Source: the human T2T-CHM13v2.0 reference genome, Homo sapiens
NCBI RefSeq assembly: GCF_009914755.1
Contig: NC_060931.1
DNA length: 64,000 nucleotides
Direction: 5' to 3' (one strand)
The notes beneath the pieces were generated by a model that saw only the letters and a program-made list of their open reading frames with translations, was not told the origin of the DNA and did not search any database. This document shows positions 50,505 to 64,000 of this stretch, one piece after another. Each line of letters begins with the position of its first letter. Within the stretch, counting starts at the first letter, position 1. A program made the translations under genes and the position numbers.

Positions 50505-50802
50505 AGGCAGAGAGGACGACTACTCCGCTCCCTGCTCCAGGCCACGGGGGTACACAGGAGCTGGTGGGGAAACTGAGTCAGGCGGCGAGGACCACTGCTC
50601 TGCTCCCTGCTCCGGGCCGTGAGGGGTGCACAGGAGCCAGTGGGGAAACTGAGTCAGGCAGAGAGGACCACTCCTCTGCTCCCTGCTCTGGGCCATGAGG
50701 GGTGCCCAGGAGCCGGTGGGGAAACTGAGGCAGAGAGGACCACTCCTCCGCTCCCTGCTCCGGGCCATGGGGGTGCACAGGAGCCAGTGGGGAAACTGAG
50801 CC
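50505..50802 (+). repeat. Minisatellite, ~72-76 bp x 4
   Basis: GAGGAC recurs at 50512, 50587, 50663 and 50735; unit GAGGACCACTCCTCYGCTCCCTGCTCCGGGCC..GGGGAAACTGAG. Confidence 0.93.
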
Positions 50803-51550
50803 ATGGAGGCTGGTCCACACAGCTCTTCCCCACCCACATGGCTAGGACTCCTGGGGCTGTTCTGTGGTGGGAGACCCTGGAGTCTCAGGATCTCGGTTAC
50901 TCAGCCCCGGTTGCCTCCCTTCTGCCCAGCAGTTAGTTCCTCAGGACTCACGGCTTCCAGGCTCCCCTCCCCTGTGAGCCGGACCCAAGCTCCTCTTTGG
51001 GGCTGAGGAGGAGGGGTCTAGCTGGCCCCTATAGGGTGGGCAGAGTTTAGATAACCCCACAGGAAGAGGCAGGCATCCAGGCAGGAGAGGCAGCGGAAGG
51101 GAAGGTGTGAGGCCCCCAGAGCAGTGAGGGGGGTGGGGAGAGGGGCCATGACAGTGGACGGTGACCCCCCCGCCCTCGACGTCTGCCCTAATGTCTTCCT
51201 CTGCCAGTTCCAGGACAGACTCGGGCAGCCACAGTGGGAGAGACTGGTGGAAGGGACAGGGCCTTGCCTCCCTGTGTGTTGTGCCCAGTGCCCCCACATG
51301 AGGCTGGGGTATATTGGAAAACTGCACTCTGGGCTTCCGAGGCAGGGATGGGGACAGAGGAGGCACAGCCGGGCGGGAAACATCCTTCGGCCCGGGCCAG
51401 CCCAGCCATCACCAGGTCCACTGTGTTTGCTAGAGCCCCCAATTCAATCTCTGAATTTTAAAGATAGGGACACTGAGGCGCAGACAGGGCAGTGGCCGCA
51501 AGCCACTGAGGCTTGCAGGCAGTGGTATCTGGGCTCAGCCCTGCTCCCAT

Positions 51551-51619
51551 GCTGGGCTCCCCACACCTCATATCCGGGCTCAGCTGGGACCCCACACCTC
51601 ATATCCGGGCTCAGCTGGG
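51551..51619 (+). repeat. ~31 bp tandem duplication
   Basis: GCTGGG..CCCCACACCTCATATCCGGGCTCA x2, plus a partial third copy. Confidence 0.9.
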
Positions 51620-54600
51620 AGAGTGCCCCGGCCTTACCGACGGGGACCCGGCAGCGCACGGCGTGGAGGTGAACCAGCTTGTCTGGGAAGCCACATTCCA
51701 CCCCTGTGCACCCCCAGGCCCTCTGTGGCCCACTACCCCCTCTAGGACCCCACCCCACAGAAGCGCATCTCTCTGCCGTCCGCCCCACTCCAGTGGTAAC
51801 TTCTGTCAGAGGGCTTGTCACAGAGTGCTGACCGCGCTGAGAGCTTCTCACCAGCGCTGGACATGTGGCCAGGTGGCGGCCGAGGGCCCGGGGGCGGGGG
51901 TCTGTCCACGTGACAGGTGCACACCCCGGCATTGCTGCCCTGACATTTGGAGGCTGTTGGGTTGGGTCCAGGCGGAATCCTTCCTGGGATGGAAACCCCG
52001 GGAGATGATTGACAGCCTGGAGGCTCCCCCGTGTTTACCGACAGATCCGAGTCTTATTTTCAGCAGGATCAAACTCAGGCACCTCTTAGTCATTAACTCT
52101 CTCTAGTTTAATAAACACAGATACAAACACAGCCAGCCATGTGCCCGCCCCACATGGATGAGAATCCCGCCCGGCTTCCTGGGGCCGAGGAGCGGGGTCT
52201 GGAAATGGGGGGGCCGTCGGGGGGCTCCCCAGACCCTCGGCCGGTGCGCAGGAGGCCCTGCAGGGAGAGGGCTTTGCAGAGCACACAGTGAGGCGTCGCT
52301 GGCCCGGAGGGACGAGTCAAGGACAGCTGTGTGCCTTCACAGTCCCGCGCTGTCGAGACACAGCCCGAAGTAGTGGCTGGGAAGGTGTCCCGGAGATACC
52401 CACAGCACAGCTGCCCCGCCAGGGCTGCATGAAGGGTTGGCCAGCGCTTGGCTCCCTCACTGCCATCTCGACCTCCACGGCCTCCCTAGAAGCCCAAGGG
52501 GCTGGGGACCCTCAGGATGTGTCTCCTGGGCGTGGACTCTGGGCTGTGCTGTGGCTCCTGCCTGGCCCCCGCACTGGTCAGAGTGCTGACCGAGGGAGGC
52601 TGCCTGGGAGGGGGACTGGGATGCTTCCCGGACATGTCTGGAAAGGTGGCAGCTGGTTCCTAGACCAGATCCCAAGGGAGATGGCATTAGCCAAGTGCCT
52701 ACCTCTGCCTAAAGGGTGCTGGTAGTGGCTCCAGGGCACCCTGGAGAGGAACCCCCAGTCTGTTGTCTCCCTGCCTGAGGGGAGCCTGCACTGAGGCCTC
52801 TGCCCTCCTCACTGACAGACTGCCCCTGTGTCTGTTTGCCCCGTGGAAGCTGTGGAAGGGCCCGGCCTCTGCCCTCTTCACTGAGGGACCACCCCTGCAT
52901 CTATCTGTCCTGTGGAATGGTGGAAGGGCTTGGCTGCAGATCATGGGGTGGCCCGGGCTGGGGAGCCTCTGGTGTTCGGCGTGACCTGAGGTGGGTCCCT
53001 TCCCTTCCCGGAGCCTCGGCCTCTCCTCCGTCATGTGAGGACGGGGGTGGATGGATGGCTGTGGGGAGTGTAAATGGCTGACACCAGTTCTGGAAAGGGC
53101 AGAGCCGCCACTGCTGGCAGAATCCCCCGCCCTTCTGACTTGCCCTGCATGGCCCTCAGACCTGCAGCCCTGGAACCTGGATGGGGCGCAGGTTCGGTCC
53201 CTGCGTCCCTCTGTGCCCTGCTGTGCAAAGAGACAGGGAAGGAGGATGCTGGGGAAGGGAGAGCAGGTGTAATGGCCCCGCAGCCGAGACACGCTTCGTG
53301 TGGGTGAAGGGCAAGGCCAGTGCAGCTGGCCGTGGGGGCTGAGAGGTGAGCGGGAGAGGCCCCAGGGTCCGGGCTGCTCCTGTGTCGGAGCTCTTGGGAA
53401 GAGTTGGTTGGTACTCGGATTGCTTCGGGAAGTCTCTGGGGAGTTTGCAGCAGCTGAGAGACAAGGCTGGCTTTAAAGCATCCCTCTGATGTCGACGGAG
53501 AAAGGGTTTTTAAGGGCACACGAGGGAATGAGCCACCCAGGGGACTGCCGACGTCTGAAAGCCATGAGGGTAGCCCGTACTGGGTGCCGACGCTGGCAGC
53601 GGAGAGACAGAGAGGATGTAACTTCTGTTTTGACAGTGCTTAGAAATTGGAGCTACATTCCTATAGAGAAAAATATTCTGTAAGGCAAAACCCATTTTCC
53701 TATTTATATTCATTAGGAAATGAGGGAGGCCGTCCTGTGGAGAGGAAGGTTGTGCGAAGCAAGTCCTGCTTCCCTTTGACAGCCATTAGCATTTCAGAGC
53801 TGTGTTCTTGGGGAGATGAACCCCCCAGAATGGATTGGTATGAAACAGTGGGGTCATCTTGGCACAGAACCCCTCAGGGTGCCCACAGAAGTGGGGCTCA
53901 GGGCCCATTCCTCAGGTATCCGGCACCCCGGCTTCCTCCAGGAGACGGGATTCTCAGATCTTCATTTGCGTGTGGCTCTGGGTGCAGATGGGTGTCCAAG
54001 TGAATATGGGAGCAGGCACGCATGTTCACGTGTGTGCGTGTAGATTACCACTTGTGTGAACAGAGGACTGTGCAGGGGTGTGTGTAGGTTCGCGGGTGTG
54101 TGCATGTAGATTCGTGTCTGAATATGGGAGTGTGCACACACGTGCATGAACTCACGTGTGTGTAGATTAGTGTCTGCGTGAATAGAGGTGTGTGCACACC
54201 CTCCTGGCCCCCCCACCCCTTTCCCCTCTTGGACACCACAGTGGGCAGCCGATGTGGGTTCATGAATGATCGTGGCTCTGATGTGAAATTCCTTCCGTCT
54301 GAGGGTTAGGTTCTGTAAAATGAATTTGTTGTCTGCTTTTTCTTTTTTTTTGCAAATTCAGTCGAGCGGATGGAGGCTCTGAGATGCAGGGAGCGTGTGG
54401 AGCTCCCGCGGGTTCCTGGTGGGTCTGGGAGCGGCCGGCTCCCCTGTCCTTGGGGTAGGCAGGGAGGGACGTCAGGAAGAGAGTCAGGCCCCTGAGGTGT
54501 TTGCTGTCTGACAGACATCCGGGCTTATTTTTGTTCCTTCATTACATTGTCCCCACAGAGCAAGAGCATGCTACATCTGAGGGCTGTGAGTCCCCAGAGA

Positions 54601-55685
54601 CAGCTTTTCAGAGAAACAACTCACCAGAAATCCAGTGTTCCCGCACCCGAATCCACACCAGTCAGGGACCGAGGGGACTCAGCTGAATGGGCAGCTCCCA
54701 GCCCTGGGCGCCTGTGCCCTCACCATGCACAGTGTGTGTGCCACCGTGCTCCCACACACACTGGGGAGGCATGCACAGGGGTGCACAGGCACAGGTGCAC
54801 GCACACACACACCATGGGGTCCTGGAGTGCAGCCTGTGCCAACATGGGACTTCAGCTCCCATCCTGCCACGACCACCCAGGGCACCTGAGCCTCACACCC
54901 CATACCTGGGCTCAGAGCAGCTCTCCCGCCCCACCCTGCGGCCCTGCATGTCAGTTGTGGGTAAGGCCCGCGCCACTGGGAATCTTCACACAGCCCGGAG
55001 GGAGGTGCTGTGTGCCCATTTCACAGACCAGAAGGCCGAGGCATGGAGTGGGGAAGTAACATGGTCCAGGCTCACGGCTCACATGTGCCAGAACCCAGCA
55101 TAGCCTGTCTGGGACACCCTTGGGCCCCCACCCCACATTTTACAGAAAGGTCTGTAAACAGCCTCAGCACCTCCCATGGTGCCCAGACTTCCCCCAAGCC
55201 TCCTCTGGTGTCCTCTTCCTGCACCCACCACCAGCCTCAGCCCTGCTGCCCTTGCCTGGCCCCAGCGGTCGTGGGTGTGGACCCTGAGCCTCGGCTCTCA
55301 CTTTGCCCTCTGTCTGCCCACGTGGGTGCCAGAGCATCCCCCATCTCTGCGACAGTCTTGGTGACTACCCGGCTTAGCGAGTGAGGGAATATTTGGCACA
55401 GCAGCGAAATCGGGAGTGTGGGGTGCGGGCATCGCGTGGACACGCTGTGAACTGGGATTTGGAGCACGGGTGATGCCAGAGTGGGTGATGTCAGGGGCTG
55501 GCCTGTGCTCCCAGGAGTGCTCACCCCGAGGAACTGGCCTTGGGTGGCAGAGGAGAGGAGAGGCCTGGGGACCCTGACCCTCATCTCCCATCACCTCCGC
55601 TGGGCTGCGTGACCCTGAGTTACACACTAATGATTATGCCCGTCTTGCAGGGATGTTGGCACCTACTCAGCTAGAGCCCACCCCC

Positions 55686-55759
55686 CACATACACACACAC
55701 GCGTGCGCGCACACACACACGCGTGCACACACGTACGCGCACACACACACACACACACA
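55686..55759 (+). repeat. (CA/CG)n alternating purine-pyrimidine microsatellite
   Basis: 74 bp of uninterrupted R/Y alternation. Confidence 0.95.
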
Positions 55760-57099
55760 ACTGCGCATGGCTCCCATTTGACAAAAGAGCAGCCAGGGCT
55801 CTGTACCCTGCCAGGGTCTAGCTGGTGACCAGGGCTGGGCGGGAGGGCCATAGCTACAGCCCAGGCCTGGGTCCATTGTGCTGGCATTATCACGGCTGCA
55901 CATCCCCCTCCCTGCAGGAGGCTCTGGGACCTCCCCAAGCCTGGGGGTGCCTGGCCTGACCATCTGGGCCGTGGGCAGGGAACTCTGGGCCTGGGGCCAG
56001 GAGGACAGTCCCGGGGCCTGCTCTGGGGTCCCCTGCAGGTTGCTGGCTGAGGGAACCCACAGGAACGTTCCCTGGAGGTTCAGGCAGGAGGGGAAACTGA
56101 GGCCCAGGCTGCTGCCTCAGCCCCGTCCCTACCGAGCTCTCCCGGGGAGGATGTGGGGAGGGGAACCGAGGGTTCCTGCAAGCCTCATGTTCGCACCTGT
56201 GCACTGGAGCTGCTAACTCCTGTCTGCTGGGGTGAGTCCCACCAAGCGGGGTGGCATTTGTGGGGCGTTGGCACAGCCTGGATGCCATGGTGCTCAGAAT
56301 GAGGGTCCCTTCCCCCTGCCCCCTGGCCACACTCCAACAGTGGCTCCCTCCTGTGACTCTGCCCCTGTCCTTGGCCATTGCGGGCGTGGTGTCCCCAGTC
56401 CTCTGAAAGCCCCATTGTGCAGGGTCACCTTTGCCTTGTCCTGTCCACCACAGGGCCCTGGCACCCAGATCACCATCCTCGAGGAAAGGAGAGGGCAGGG
56501 ACAGAGATGGAACGGGGAGCAGAAGGGGGCGCGTGTGCCCCTGAGCGCTCCTGTGTGCAGGTGCACAGTTCATTAAACATGACCATGAAGTCGGGACATG
56601 GGAGTTACGCATTAGAAGTGTTCATTCACTGATTCATTCATTCATTCACCTACCCAGTGGACATTCTCCGATGCTGGGCTCCGTGGTCTGGATACGAAAG
56701 CAAAACAGGTGTTATCCTGGGAGTAGCCTGGGCTTGCCTTGGGCACTCTGGCTCATTCTGACCCGGTCCGTGGGCCCAGGGCAGTGCTGGAACACCCCTT
56801 GGAGGAGTGCCCAAGGCAGATCACGTAGGGGAACAAATTGTGTGTTTGATTTTTGGGAAGGTACCCCAAGGTCACGGGGAGATCCTTCTGTTTTGAGTGG
56901 AAACCAAGTGTGGCAGGATGGTCAAGACGTGGATGGTCTGGGGTCTGGTAAAGTCATTCTGGTTCTCACCACCCTCGGGACAAGAATCTGATCACCTGGG
57001 GGACGATGCTGAAAGGGGCAGCGGCTGTGCTGCGCTTGTTTCCCTTGCGTGAGCTTGCTTCTTTTTTCTTCCTGAGCAGCTTTACAGAGGCATCCTGTG

Positions 57100-63900
<6,801 letters not shown>

Positions 63901-64000
63901 CCTGTGGTATTTTTTTTTTTTAAACAAAACTTAAAAAAGGGTAGCATATGCAATTCCATGAAGTACCACAAAGTGAAATTTATGTAGGAACCATCTAGCT

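Noticed and set aside
50505-50802. CRISPR-like array
   Set aside because: Whole units repeat with no unique spacers; a eukaryotic minisatellite.

Overview
Human non-coding genomic DNA: GC-rich, subtelomere-like, and dense in Alu, L1, MaLR and MIR repeats. A human-specific AluYb8 at 29.4-29.7 kb supports the species call. No credible protein-coding exon, RNA gene or CRISPR array is present. The ORF track consists of Alu/L1 translations, simple repeats and chance GC-rich ORFs. The main functional feature is a pair of CpG islands (~40.6-44.7 kb and ~45.8-47.5 kb). Each carries a plus-strand, ATG-free first exon ending in a strong CAG|GTAAG donor (after 42694 and 46883), which points to two alternative promoters of a gene whose CDS lies beyond the window. 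From memory this layout fits ELFN1 (7p22.3); that call is unverified. The first ~40 kb are upstream intergenic sequence with several enhancer-like motif clusters, and the last ~17 kb are intron 1 with a large ancient antisense L1. I found no convincing novel biological system. The best leads are regulatory or structural: a phased pair of POU-dimer palindromes, a CACCTG/5'-splice-site tandem array, a MIR-derived minisatellite with AP-1 sites, a candidate uORF cassette exon, a possibly polymorphic AluYb8, a GC-shifted Tigger3a and several non-B DNA elements. Repeat boundaries were read by eye and are approximate.
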